A stretch of 64,000 nt of DNA from Catajapyx aquilonaris (GCA_000934665.2 KZ538020.1:124001-188000), one strand, 5' to 3'. Numbered from the stretch's first letter, positions 1-13,900 are shown. Numbers and translations are program-made. The notes: generated from the letters alone by a model not told the origin.

Positions 1-3000
1 TCCTTGTAGAATTCATTCATAACATACTTAATAAATAATTAAATAAATAAACCTGTATTAAATTGACTGGTAAAAAGAACCAGTTTATTAGATGTTACTT
101 TAGTAAATCGATGGTTGACTCAGGTAAGGTGAGATAGGCCTATCATGGAGAAGTTTGGACATCCTACATGAGGTATTCCCTAATTTTTCAGCCATCACAG
201 TATGTAATGTTTTATTAACGACTAATTTAATCTAAGCTGAGGAATAACATCATACTTTTGTAATTTTTTAAACACTTGCCTTAGATACAGTAATAGGTAT
301 TGTCAATCTTACTTTCATCTTATTAACAGAATTAGGCATCTGCTTAAGTTTTTTCAGGCAAGTGCTTCTCAGAAAAATATCACATTCAAAAGGTCAAAAA
401 TCTTATGATCCCCGCCATTAAAAAGTAACTCCGTGAGGCAGAGTATAGCTAATGTCTAGATATTCTGGGCCATCAATACCTTCATAATTCAGTTCTGAAA
501 TTCACTATACGGTGCTAAGGTAATATGTATGAATCCTCGTATTATTTTGCAAGATCAATGAATATGTAATTATTCATAGCAATGTCAGTTACAGAGATAA
601 TGAGACCTAAAAGAACAATCAGCCAGAGAAGTAGTGTGCAGCGAATGTGTTGTTGAATACTGTAAACCACATCCTCCGCTTAACGCATAAGTTTTCATTC
701 TCGAAACAAGTATTTCAAATTACTTTCCCATTCCTCTTGTTATGCTTCAAGTATCCAACTTTGAACTGGGCCGCAAGTGTTTTCCTTCTATTCTGTGACA
801 ACATTCCCCATCGTTAACTCATTTAAAAATCAGCGTCACCCTTCCCAGCAAATGGTCAAGAGAGGCTGCATAGTACGCTCGTACTTTGTGAGTGAGTGAT
901 ACGATAGGGTTTGTTGGTAGACCCCCCCCAACCTTCTTTGGGTTGGCTGCTGAAAGGGGCCGGGGCTCCATTAAACTCCGTTTCCAATCTCTCCGCGAAC
1001 GTGTATATAGACACTATATGCCCGCAGGCTTCTCCTCTTGCTCGCCGGATAGAAGGGTGGGGAAGGGTGGGTGGGGAGGCCGAGAGAGAGGGTGGGGAGG
1101 GTTGGGAGGCAGGGGGGTGAGGGGAGAAAAAAAGGAAGCCGTCAATAATTCATTACGCTACTGAACATTACCAAAGGGCCAATAGCGATAGGGGCCCGAA
1201 TGGCAAGTTTACCCTACAATATCAGCCCGGCCCCAGATCAAACATCCCATAGAAGACCAATTGAAAAGGCATTCAGAGGTGGTGATGAAATATTAATATT
1301 CCATCAGTGCCCGCAATCCCACTAAATCTACAGCCTATATGGCAGTTATACTGTATGTATTATAGTCTCTTGTATGTATTATGGATCTGAGGTCCCGGCC
1401 CAGCCAGGCCCAAACTGCCTAGCGAAAACCCATCTCCGCTTCATCAATAAAACTTTGCCCTGGATTTCATCTTTCTAACGTCTACCCCGTGTTGGCCCCC
1501 GCCCGGATTTACAAGGGCCCGGAAACGTCTCATTTTTACCCCCCGGAATGGATTCATAAAATTGAAATTCCCTAAGAACTTGGCTATATTACAAGATCAG
1601 TCCAGGGTTCCTTTCACCTGGGAATGGCTATAAGGTCTGTACGGATTCTTGCCGTGTCCGGATGAAATAACACCACGGTCGTTTTTCACCTCCTGCATGA
1701 GTTATACCGGTTGTGAATTTTTTGTCGCATGTAGGCAGCAACCTGCGTGCTAACCGACGGATAAAACGTGGAAACATGATGCGAATCTTCGAATCAATTT
1801 TAAGCAGCATAATACTCCATACCCAAACATAGGAGACAAACACTCGATTAAACTGTAAGTCATACTACTGTAGTTGAAATAAGGGTCTCAAAGGTGCTCA
1901 AAGATCCTTCAAGATGCAGGCAAACTAAATAAAAATATGCCAAAGAACACAGGATTCACGAGAATCGAAACGACTTAGCAAAAAGCTTCCCCATCCGGAT
2001 TGGTTTCGAGGCGACTTAACTTGGTGCTGCCTCAGTTTCATCCATAATCCATGGAGAAAGGCCGACTTGCGCTTCTGGCACAAAAGACACAAATAAATCG
2101 ATTGGAATCTTCTTCAATCGGCGAATTGTAATGAAGTTCTTTTGAATGAAGACGAATTCAGATCCGCCTTTACCCCCAGCCTTCACTGTCAAACTCTCAA
2201 CTAGCACATTATTGGAATAGGATTACATTTAGAAAGACATAGGTCCTTATTCAGAAGAAACGTTGGGACCAATCGCTCAAGAAACCAGTCAAACACAGGG
2301 TGTGTCAGAATGCTCCATGAGCTGACAGCTAACTTTTTGGCTATTACCGGATTTTACAAGCAGCTTGCCACTGGGATCTCCCAGCCAGTATTTCTGCCAG
2401 GCAATAACGTATAGCCCTTATTTCACTGACTTGGCGAAAGTTTTTGGTCTGGCCCACGATTGTAGTCGCGGCAAGGTGATCAATATAATGGGTGCTCTCT
2501 TCGTTTTGCAGGAATGGTGATCGGTCTTCCCGTTGGTCCGAGGTGGGCTTTTGTAGCTGGGAAGAGGGAGATGAACCAGGGCCCCAGGGTCTTCCAGTTG
2601 GGCGCAGACGAAGACTGATGAGAGGAGGGGACTCCCCTTCCTTTGAGGGGCCGCCAGAATTAAAGCCTACCATCTGCTAATGAGCTCCACTCCGATCTGC
2701 GCTCCTCTACCTCTCCTGCATGTCCTCTGCCATGCTCTCATCTCTACTCTCCCTCCTTACGCTCTACCACTACCTTACACTTCCCACCTTCCCTCCTTGC
2801 CATTTGCGGCTCAAGTGAAGCAAGAGCAGGAAACCCTCTGGCGTCATGATAAAGTTCAAGGTGAAGGCGACAGGCGCACTAAAAGAAAACTTTGAGCACG
2901 TTTGGTCCACAAAATCCAGCATGACACCAACTGCCTACTATCAAAAGCAAACATTTATCTGACAATGTTATCAAATCGCCAAAAATAAATTTATTACCGA

Positions 3001-4062
3001 GTCATCAAATCACAGGACAATGACATTAGGACAACAAATGCTGATGGTCCGGTCAATTGTCTCTTCCGACGACCCGAATCAAAACTGGCCGCAACATGAG
3101 TACCTGTTAAATTTTGCTCAGCGATCATTTCAAAGTACAATGCACTTTGTCACATCTTCATGACTTGTATGATTGTGCCATTTCTCGATATGCCACTCCA
3201 AATGCCGGGCAAAATCGACGCGGCATGCATTATTTAGCCTGATTGCTTGGTATAACGCCGGTGCGAACGGGTTGTTTACGTCGCCGCAGACACAACCCGA
3301 ACAACAGGGTGGGGGAAGCCCAGTGATGAAGAGGCACAAGTTGGCCGAGGCTCCTGTCCCAATCAGCGAACCCTCTAAATGGGTTGGAAGCCAATGATGG
3401 CGACATTTTGCAGGCAACGAGCGCCGCTAAAACGCAAACTGTTTTCCCATTGACAGGCGTGCTGTTTGGTCCACCCAAAAAAGCATCTGTTAGAAGGGCG
3501 AGTAAATGATCCGGAAAACATACAAGCAAATAATGAGCTGAGAAAATAAGTCCCAAACCGGGGTCGACAAACCAAAAAAAAAACATGGCCACCATATCAG
3601 CTGGGGCAAATACTCTGCTACCTCGCGTTCGCCACTAAAAATCTCATAAATACATTTACCAACGCAATGCAGTTACGTCGACCGCTGCGGTGGTGTAAAT
3701 GGTCTCTCCGCTCGCCCAAACACTGCTGCTGCCGCTGCTACTGCCGCTGCCTCGATTGCCACTGACCAATGAAAGAAGACGTCCACCACTTCGATAACCG
3801 CCCAATTGACCTTACTCAAACAAATGGTGCACGATGTTTCCGGACCGTGCAGGGCTCATTCACCTCCCATGGTTTCGCATTGTAGCAAGGTCAAGATCAT
3901 TTTCCAACCAAAGCCATTGTAACCAAAATGTGGGTAAATATTCCTACAAAGTTTGCATTGTTCAACTCCAATCAGTGAACGTGTATAAGCGCTGTTTGTC
4001 CACGTGTCTAGGATTGGTCTATATATTCTTCACACCTATATCACTTAAATTAGGATCAATCA

Positions 4063-4063
<1 letters not shown>

Positions 4064-4126
<63 letters not shown>
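4064..4126. repeat. (ATT)21 microsatellite
   Basis: Direct reading. Confidence 0.98.
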
Positions 4127-4159
4127 GCAGACGCTTCGGCGACCAAACTTGCTCTTCAC

Positions 4160-4210
<51 letters not shown>
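4160..4210. repeat. (AAT)17 microsatellite, inverted relative to 4064-4126
   Basis: Direct reading. Confidence 0.98.
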
Positions 4211-4214
<4 letters not shown>

Positions 4215-5491
4215 TCTTAAAATATCTTCAATTCTTCGTGAATTTTTAAGAAAAATAATGTTTCGTTACACAGAAACAGAGACAGAGTGTTACTTAGCAG
4301 GATATGGGATGGACAGAAGCTTCAGATTGTACAGTCACGGATAAACAAGCCACAACCTCATTATAATAGACCAATTACACTGCACCTTCCTCTCCCCTGC
4401 CATTTTTACAACATTGCATATGCTGCAAACAACACGCATCTGTCTTGCATACCACTGAAGGAAGTCTCTCCCTTCCCAAGGATGGTCTGAGTATTTCCCC
4501 CGAGAGCTCGCGACTCAGCGGCCAACTCCTCCAATACAAACCCCCCTTCTCCTCCACTCCCCATTCCCTCCTTCCCCCCTCTTGTTTCAAGTGAAATCGT
4601 GTGGAAGTTCACGTACGCTTTCACGCGCACACGGCATAACACAATAAAGGAGGGAAAGTTATAGAGAAGCAAGTCTTGATCGATTCGATGGCAACTTGTA
4701 ATTCAGTTAGTGGGCGCGCTACGCCGGCGGAACTACTGTACGGAAGGCCCACGACCATGTACGTCATCACGCAGCATGCTATTATAGTATTATTGCTGCT
4801 GCCTCCCCGCTCTTCAATCCAATCCACGCGTTTCCTCTCACTTGATGCACGCCAGGCAGCCGGATTTCCGCACATCTCCATTCCAAATATCGGAGGCGGC
4901 GATGGAAAACCGCCTAACTCAAGGTCCGCTTGGTTTTTTCGAGCGGAGGTGTCCGAATTATGACCAGGGATAATTCGATGCTCGGATGGGGAGGGAAAAA
5001 AATTCTTGTGGCTTTATAGCTGATGCGATGTTCTAGCGTCATTGTAGAGTTCGTTAGTTGGTTTTTGAATGTTACCTGTTTCTTGACGCTAGGTATGCCA
5101 ATGAAGCCCTAATCCCCGTGTAGAAATTTCGTGCCATATTTTATTTTCTCTTGTCTGAGGAAATGGTTGGACAGCTCATCCTAATCCTAGCATCACTCGG
5201 GGATTGACTTTCAGGAGAGGTTTTCCTTGAACTGAGCAGTCTGTACGGAAATATTGAAAAAATCGCCCAATGTTGAACACTGCCATGAAAAATGAAACAC
5301 AAATCGCTGGTGTCTCTTGCAACCTTTTTAAATCGAAAAAAATGCAAACTTGCGAATTTCAAATGCGGATCTGCAATACTGGAATAGGGGTTAATTTTTC
5401 ACCTTTCATTATTAGGCACGACTTTCCCCAAAAGTTGTAGCAGTTCAAGAAAAACACGATTTTTGAATGGATCCATTCATTATTCAAGTAA

Positions 5492-5605
5492 AGGCCCATT
5501 CACACAACGGCTTCCTTTTGTTGCTCGAAATCAAACTGTAATTATTTAAAATACGCTTGAGAACAAAGTGGTTGTGTGGGTCTCAAAGTTGTGAGTGGTC
5601 AGCCT
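5492..5605. mobile_element. Small degenerate MITE, PIF/Harbinger-like (copy 1)
   Basis: Starts AGGCCCATTCACACAAC, identical to 48011. Degenerate inverted end GTTGTGAGTGGTCAGCCT. Flanked by TAA/TTA. Confidence 0.5.
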
Positions 5606-5709
5606 TTATCATGGAGAAAATTCGTCCTTCTGGAATGAGGACCACAGAAATCGACAATAAGTCAGCCATTGGCAGCCGATAGTGGAGACCTTTATGCACA
5701 AAGGAACCA

Positions 5710-5750
5710 CTTTAATAATGCCTTCCAACTGTTGGAAGGCATTATTAAAG
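5710..5750. repeat. Perfect inverted repeat, 20-bp arms, 1-nt spacer
   Basis: CTTTAATAATGCCTTCCAAC-T-GTTGGAAGGCATTATTAAAG. Confidence 0.95.
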
Positions 5751-6553
5751 ATTCCTGATCCAGATGAAGGAAAAAAATCCTCTCGAGGCTGTCATGAAAG
5801 AAAAGATTTAATCCACATCATACGAGCCATTAGGAAAATTTAAAGATCAGGAGCAAGATGGCCAACAGGCATGTTCCACCATTGACAACTTCCCCGGTTC
5901 AAACTTTGCCTTCAGCCTGATCCCGAGCAATATTCTCAGATGAATGAACGTAGCTCGTACTCTTCACCAGCATCCCTTGGAGTCTATCGGCTCCCAACTT
6001 GTCCGACATCAGAGACTAGGAGTCCGGTAATTATAAAAAGGAAGGGAATGGGACAGAAGAAGAGGGCATCAAAGTGCGAGTGTGGTGCTCAAGTCCATCG
6101 GGGACATCCCCTGCCCCCCACCATCCTCCTGCTCCTCCCTTCCACCCTATTTCAGTGGCCAGGGCCAAAAAGCAGAGCAGCAATCTGTGAGGAGCAGGCC
6201 AAGTCCACGGCCTTTGATTTTCCAGAGAGGCAGCATATGATATAGGGAGGTATCAATAGAGTGGAGCTCCGGGGATTTCCCTGGAGGCGGCTCAGCTTTC
6301 CCTCCAAAGTGTACGGTTCCGTAATGACTTCTTTGCAGAATAGGCCACCGTGAAAATCCGGGCGGGACAGACATTCCAGCCACGTCCCCGGATTACGCGA
6401 CCTGGTCAAGCTGCGTCCGTCTCATGCTTATTTCATCCGTCTGCTCACCACCCCCACCCACCCAGCACGAGTGGGTTGTACGCGCCAAATAAATTATGAT
6501 ACCCTGCCAGTTATCTTCGCTCTTGATCAATGAACGACTCAGAGGCTCACTCT

Positions 6554-6618
6554 AAACGAAACGAAACGAAACGAAACGAAACGAAACGAAACGAAATTTA
6601 TTAAAAAAAAAAAAAAAA
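6554..6618. repeat. (AAACG)8 microsatellite followed by a poly-A run
   Basis: Direct reading. Confidence 0.95.
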
Positions 6619-8860
6619 CCATATGACGTTCACTTATTTCCAGCAGATCGAGACGAAATTCCGAAAGTGATCCCGAAACGGCTGTCATTATCCTAAACCG
6701 TACCTGCACGTCCAACACGATAAAAACTCGGGACCGGACAGAAGGGGGATGGGATTATACACGCAGACTTCCTCCGCTTCTTCCCACGGTTCCGGGCTCT
6801 TCTTCCTCCTGACTTGCTGCTATCAAAATTTCATGCGCCTGATTACATGCGGATTACTATTCAGGAGGACAGTTCTCTCCCTCCTCCTTCCCCCCCATAT
6901 TCCCTCCCCTCCCTCCCAATACAAGACGGGGCAGGTCCACTTTTTGCCCTCCTCACCAATCTGGCCCTCATTAACTCTTCACTGGCTCAATTATCCAACA
7001 TCTTATAAAACATTCGAACGCTCGCACCGCAGAGGGAACAGGTATAGGCAGAGGTGACACTCGGACCAGGCGCTGAAATTGGACACTTTCAATCGTTATT
7101 AATACAGTCAAGGTCGCCAATTATTTCCTAATCAGACCTGCCTAGACCATAGAGACTGCCCAACTACAGTTTGACACTCGAGGGCACTTATCATCTGTGA
7201 TATCGGACCGCAATAGATCGTGGAATGTGCTAAAATTAGCCATCGCAATTAGTAAAATCAAAGTTATAATCCTAGTTAATTAAACATTTGCGCCGATTCT
7301 TATCGCTATGCAGAGTGATCACATACGTCAAATGGTCGAGCCAGTTTTTTGAGACAGAAATGTGCCTCACAGAAATCACTTGAAATCCGCATGCTTCAGA
7401 CAACAGTTTTTATTATGAACATTCCGCATTTTAGATACCTATAACAGCCAGTATACCGTACCGTCCCACATATTTATAAAATACTATGCTCGTTCTATAA
7501 TGATCGTATCTTCACAGCGCAATTTTTCACTTGGACATATCCCATATGCGGACACATATCTCGTCACGTGATCTCCGTCGGATAATGTACACATCCCAGC
7601 TTTTATAGTAGGGGAAGGGTCTGTTAGATATCAATAAAGATCGAGACCATGCGAGAAAGGAAGCACGCAAAAGCGATCACAAATTCAACATATTCCTCCC
7701 CGCTTGACATCATTCCGCCGCAAAAGCCAAGGTAGATGACACTCTAGAATTGGCCACCTTCATTCGTGATTAACGCACTCAAGACCCCCGAAATTCGGTA
7801 TCATACTTGAGCTGACAGCCGAGTTGACTTCCCACTTAAGTCTGGCCCGAGCCTGGTTCAGGTTCTTACTTGACCGTGTCACAAAGGATCGCCAGGTTCA
7901 TTATTCCAAAATGCTTTCATTAGTATCAATCCATTAGCGCGAGATGGATCAGTCCTTGGCCGGGGCCTGCATGTTCCGATAGGTACCCCTGGTATCGATT
8001 TGCGGCGCACGTGGCAGTGTGGAAGGCGATTCAATCGGAGCTGACGACAGGGACAAACCCTCCCTCACCTCACCTGGATCCTTCAGAACGTCACTTTGGC
8101 AACCGGGCAACCAGCCCTCCCCGCTATGCCCTTCTCCACTCTCCTTTATAATCTATTCGCTCGCCTCCGGCACTGCGTTCAATAAGACCTCTCAATGCAA
8201 TTGCCCGCCGCCAAACAATACGCACAACTTCACCTGTGCTTACCTCAGGCACAGTCTCATCAATATACTCTCGCTACATACCCCTCTCTCACAACTGATT
8301 GAATGCACGCGGGATTTATTGCACATGTACCGTTTCCATGTCTTATTAAATTGATGGTTTGTGCCCAGACCACTAATGCAGTTCAAACATTGATGTTGTG
8401 TAACTTTCTCAATACCCAGCCTGTTTGAGTTCCAGTGTTGCAAGGTACTTGGAATATTTAAGACACTAAGTTCCAAGTCGCTTTCTGACAAAAGTGAAAA
8501 GAGTGGGCCGGAAAACGGTGTAAGCGGATCGACAAAAAGTGTGTACGGCTGATAGGGATCGGCAATTGCCGGCTGTGCGACGACACCCAGTCAGCCAATC
8601 GAATCCCTGGGGAAATCAGTCCGCAGCCTGCTCTTTGTCAAATGCTCTCCCTCCCCGCCTCTCCCCTCCTTGCTCCCAGATCTTTTCTCTCCAGGCCTCA
8701 CACACCCGGTCTGGCTCCACACACGTCTTGGGACCTGGCTCGTCATACCCTCACACTTTCACTCATTAAGAGCTATCTACTCAAAATAATTAAATCTGAG
8801 CAATATGTGAGTAAATGGTTATAAATTTGACACTACATAATATGAGATATATTATTCTTG

Positions 8861-9213
8861 TTATTTATTTTATTTTATTTATTTTACCCCGTGATACAGC
8901 TGTAAGCCGTTATAGGGGGGTGGCATACCACCATCAGTGTTCTAGTGTTTTTGCAACTTTTTCTTCATTATCCGGTGCAAGGAAACAAGGTCATTGGGTA
9001 AGGATAGGAATTTTTCGGGGAGGGGACACTTGTGCAGGTGCAATGTCTTAAACCTTTGGGCCATGTGCAGTCCCCCAGGAGGATAGGTTGCCAGAGGGTG
9101 CAGGTCAGAGATCCTCCCGACGCAGGTGGAAGGGAACTCCCAGGCGAGGATCGAACCTGGGACCTTCCACTCAGCAAGCCGAGACGTTACCATCTCGGCC
9201 ACCACACCTCCCC
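8861..9213 (-). mobile_element. tRNA-derived SINE, family A, apparently full length
   Basis: Minus-strand head GGGGAGGTGTGGTGGCCGAGATGG (A box) ... GGTTCGATCC (B box). Ends TATCACGGGGT plus A-rich tail. Homologous head at 58344. Confidence 0.85.
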
Positions 9214-9232
9214 GCTGAACATTTATTATGTT

Positions 9233-9461
9233 ATACTGCTAGCGACATTTTCCGTTGCGGCAGACGCGCAAATCGAAGTGATAGAATGCGAGTCGTGCGA
9301 GTAAGAAATGGTTGCCCTTGGGTGACGTCACTGGCTGGGGACAAGCCTTTTCTCCATTGCCTCCCATCCGGTGACGTCACTCAAGGCCTACCTATTCTTA
9401 CCCGCACGGCTCACACTTCGATTTGCACGTCTGCCGCATCAGAAAATGTCACTATCAGTAT
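9233..9461. mobile_element. Foldback MITE-like element with ~105-bp imperfect inverted arms, each carrying GTGACGTCAC
   Basis: ATACTGCTAGCGACATTTTCCGTTGCGGCAGACGCGCAAATCGAAGTG... matches the reverse complement of ...CACTTCGATTTGCACGTCTGCCGCATCAGAAAATGTCACTATCAGTAT, and similarity continues inward to ~9340/9360. Confidence 0.8.
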
Positions 9462-10510
9462 GACGGAATTAATGTCCAGCACTGTACAAATCGCACACAT
9501 CAATTTATCATATCCGAATACCGTCAACGACCACCAACTTGCGACTTTCTCTCCACCAAAATGTGAAAAAGTGAGGACGGCTAAAGCAGAAAAACGGCGT
9601 CAATAGCCCACTAGCGCTACAAGCTCCGAATAAAAAAACTACAGAAAGCAGGGTGATAACTCATTTGGTCGTAGGCACTAGTGCACAAGCACAGTGAAGC
9701 ATCGAAGCATGGACGCGGATCAAGTGGGCGACTGAAGATTCCGGAACATTTAGACGCGACCACGAAATCGTCACACACGTCTTCACCCTCCCTTCAACAA
9801 CAACCGGAGAAAAAAAGTCGCAGTTCTTCGCCCCATTTTGCATACAAAGCAACAGGACTCCCTCGTGTCTCCCTTTTCTTTTCCTTCCTGCACCCCCTTT
9901 TAATGCTTATTTCCAATTTGAGCAAATCACGGAACGCCTCCGAGAGGCAAATGATAGCAAATGTAAACTTTTCTGGCTCCGTCTGCATGCAAATGTGTCA
10001 TTAATTACCTTGTCATCCGCTTTTAAGTGGCGGTGATAGATTGCAGGAGGAGAAAAACGCATCGGCACTTTGTTACCATTTGACATTTCCTCATTTGCAA
10101 GTGAAAGACCTCTGCTTATCGCCTTTCTCCTCTCCGCTTGACAACAGTACGCGCCACGAGGACCTGTCACCCGCCCCACATGAAATATTTATCCCTCATT
10201 GTCAGCGAATCACATCTGCTGCTTGCTTCTCCCGTCAAGCTGCTGCCTCTACTCCAGATTTTACACCACTGGCTCCGGATTCTTAGAGGGCTGACACGGG
10301 AGCACTTTCCCGGAGAGGTCCAAATGTACCGCCCGATAGTCAAAGCATTGTCACTGCATTATTTATTCCTGTTCTCGCAGTTGCGCAGCCAGTATCAATG
10401 ACAAAACTAATTGTGTCTCCAAGCCCAAGAAAGTATTTGCAGAAGATAAGACTGGTAGTCCGTAAACTACCTGCTCTATACGAGCACGTTGTGTTCCTAT
10501 AATGCGTATA

Positions 10511-10974
10511 CAGCGTGTTTAAACTTTTTTTGTTCGAACAGTTATCGGAAAATTACACGTAGCTGCTACTTTCTAAGCAGTGACTTGCAACCTGTGATTT
10601 TTCGGAGGAATGGGGCAAGGGGGTAACCACTGGACTGAAAAGTGTACACTGGAGTACCTAATTCAAGGAGTACCAAGGAGTACCAAAGAGTAAAGTACCT
10701 AAGGAGTACCTGGGAGTACCACTTGCAGGTGTACACTGGAGTACCGAAGTGATTACCCCCTTGGAATGGGGAATGTGGGGTCACACATCCCATTTCATGT
10801 GTGACTCTCTTTTTTCCATGCTTGACCCTCAATTTTTAACGGCAGCACGTATGCCACTTTAACGTACGATTAGCAGGGAATATTCCCTGTTCCTCCGAAA
10901 AATCGCTGCTTACAAAGTAGCAGCTACGCGCAATTTTCCGATAACTGTTAGGTCAAAAAAGTTGAAACACCCTG
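10511..10974. mobile_element. Tc1/mariner-type MITE (copy 1), interrupted by a nested element
   Basis: TA|CAGCGTGTTTAAAC...GTTGAAACACCCTG|TA with long imperfect TIRs. Homologous to 31708-32037 in opposite orientation. Confidence 0.9.
10616..10763. mobile_element. 148-bp non-autonomous TIR element (hAT- or P-like) nested in the Tc1 MITE
   Basis: TIR CAAGGGGGTAACCACT / AGTGATTACCCCCTTG. 8-bp TSD GAATGGGG (10608-10615, 10764-10771). Internal GGAGTACC repeats. Absent from the sister copy at 31708. Confidence 0.85.
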
Positions 10975-13900
10975 TAGATCTCTCATTTATATTCTACAGA
11001 TCCCTTGCACTTGAAGGGAATCTTCAGCTTCCCGGAAGTTCAAATCACGGAAGTTCCACTCTAAATGTCTGCCGGAATAGAGTCTTCCGTACAATAACCA
11101 ACTTATTTTTCTCCCATGGAAGTTTTCCCTTTAGGTTGGCCAAGGACAGAAAAATATGTGCATCATCGACTGTGTTCACACTTTTTACTGCGCATCTATA
11201 GTGTTAATATTGTCAAAAACATTACTGACGCCAACTGTGGAATTGTTTTTCCTCGCGTTTTCCCCCCATCCGGGAATATCCCAAACAGAACTGGCATGTT
11301 TATCCCTTTCCTCCCTAAGCCAATGGCGTCAATATGCCAATGCCAATGTGATTTCCAGCGCTTTAGGCCACGAAAAAATGTACCTGACTCGTGCGGATTT
11401 GAATCAACCAGTTGAAAAACAGAGGGAACTGAAAGGGCCAACACGCCACAATAACTTGATATCCACATTAATTCAATTACGCTTCAGTCTTATCCTCGTC
11501 AACGTTGCATATGTGCCCTGAGTAATGTTACAACCTCTGAAATTAATTCAGAGCAAATACATTCAACAATTACACGTAGGCGTATATTTCCGTTTCAATC
11601 CCGGGCAGCTTCTCAGCGCGGAAACATATTCAAATTTCTTGATTACAATTCGCCAATAATGCAAAGGGCCGATAACGACGCACTTTGTATTGTGATTTGC
11701 AAACGCAAGTGGAGAAAGATGAGTCTTGGAGCGCCCCCGGTCCTGAAATGAATGCAATCCCCGCGATCTCCATCGATTCCCCGGATCATGATATCGAGTA
11801 GTCATCCGGAGCGGCGCTCTGCAATCCCCCTTGATTTCCTGTGGAATGATTTTCCAACTCATTTGTCCGGAAGCGATGTGCGGTCAGCAAGTGCCGTCTG
11901 GAAATACTGTACGCTGCAGCACCCCTAGTAGTGGACATCCTTGGCCTGCTGGCTCCACATTGCTCATCGCCGCTATACCAAATGTATCGATTGGGGACGG
12001 ACAAAGAGAGAAAAGGGACCAGAAGAGAAGTGATAAAAAAAAACACACCAGGAATAAGGAGCAAAGGCGATCCCAGCTGGGGAAACATATTGGCCAGCTC
12101 CCATTACTCGTCAACTAACCGCGGCTTACTTTCCTCCCCAGCGCGTGACAGGAAAGGCAGATAGACACACACAAAAAAAGTGGAAGCCACGAGGCGTCTC
12201 ATCTCCTCCCCCATCGTCATTCGCCAATACACACGCACGCAGCATCGGTTTGGACCACACGTGAGACCTGGGACTCCATTAGGACCGTGTCTATACACTC
12301 AGTTAGTGTAGAGTCAATGAGCCTGAACTGGTGCACTCAGTTCGTAGGGATAAGGCTGATGTATATTGTCAGTCACATATTTGCAACAAAGCATCAACAT
12401 ATGCTGAATAATAACCGAGTTGAAGCAGTGTATCCACGCTGTCTGCCTTTTATGAGTATAATCTTGACCAACTCCCACTTTATTCTGGGATGTCTTTTCC
12501 TCGACAGACTGGAGTGTGGTTGGTGTAGCCTAGCACGATGGGAAAATGACGACGAAAATCCGACACCAAATGCTTTCTGGCAAGACACACACTGTACGGT
12601 GTACATAAAAGCGCAATATTATCATAAAAGCATGCAGTCATGTGAGCATATTTGCTCGAGAAGCAGAAGTGTAATTTACGTAAACGTGGGTGATAGTAAA
12701 TTTCTGGATGTCCTCCTATATATAGGGACGTGTGTGTCACATAATAGATAGTCTATACGCAAAATAGCAATGGTTGCAGGGCACGAAGAGAGTTTTAAAA
12801 ATGAATACGAAACCTATTATTGAATTGTGTGCCGGAGACTGTCAATAAAACAGTACTATAAATATGAATAACTGCGTGTACTGCATGCGATATACAGTCA
12901 TACTTGCATACTGTATACTGATTGGTTGGCCTCTATTTTTCGCTGGGTAGTTCTTGTAATTACTCAATCAAATTAATGCAGAGTTTGGTCGTCACAAACA
13001 GTGTGAAATTTTATGACACCACCGTAATACTGTCACATTTTTTGGAGCACATAATGAACTTCAAGTCTATCAGTATACATATTATCATGGCAGTAATGCA
13101 TAAACAACGGATTTCCCAGAATATCCTTCAGCAACCGTCATTAGTTTCTCACAAACTATTGCAATAGCACAATACTCTATTAATAACGCAATTATTTTGC
13201 CGGATTCAGTGTTAAAATAACTTGCTGTAAGGCATTCATGCACGGAGACTGTAACAAGTACGGAGCACGATATCCAATGTTATTCCGCGAATTAGAAGGC
13301 CTTCAACTGTAATATACACAATGCTTGCAAAATATTGCGTTAGTCAACAAATTAATGTGCATGAGGTTATCAATTTTTTTTACATGCTCTAAATTAACTG
13401 CACTTGCACTACACCGCATTTTCACAAGCTCACAGGCTGACACAACCATCGCTAGAGAAGCGCATAAAAAACCCCTCCTCTGAAGGAGTCGAGGGCAGTA
13501 GCGCAGCAGTAGAGTCGGAATCAGATACTGCAGCGGAGGCATCTTGGGAAAGCCCCGGGAGACTTTGGGAAACTGATCTTGGAAGTCGAAAAACGTCGAT
13601 CTTTGCGAGCTGCGGCCTGCCGTCAACGAGTTTCATGCCTCTTGTCAGCCCCGGCTCGGATGAAGAAAGGTGGACCTTACAGCATCTCGCCTGCTGCTGC
13701 CTGCCCCCGATTTTCTCTCTTGCCCTTCCAGGTCACGTGCTTCCCCAAGACTCGACACATTCCATATCTCGGTTTCCCATCCGACCTGACACCCGCCGCA
13801 TCTCCTTACCAATCCGATCATCACGATCATATTGCAAAAGTGAGCGTATACAACACTATGCAATTTTTCAAAAGGGAATGGACTGACACCTTCAAAATCT

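Noticed and set aside
9130..9213. tRNA-like sequences here and at ~29700, ~32580 and ~58344
   Set aside because: A/B boxes without a full cloverleaf, followed by SINE bodies; not tRNA genes.
13303..13886. Overlapping GC-rich ORFs that look exon-like
   Set aside because: No frame resembles a known protein and there is no convincing splice-site pair.
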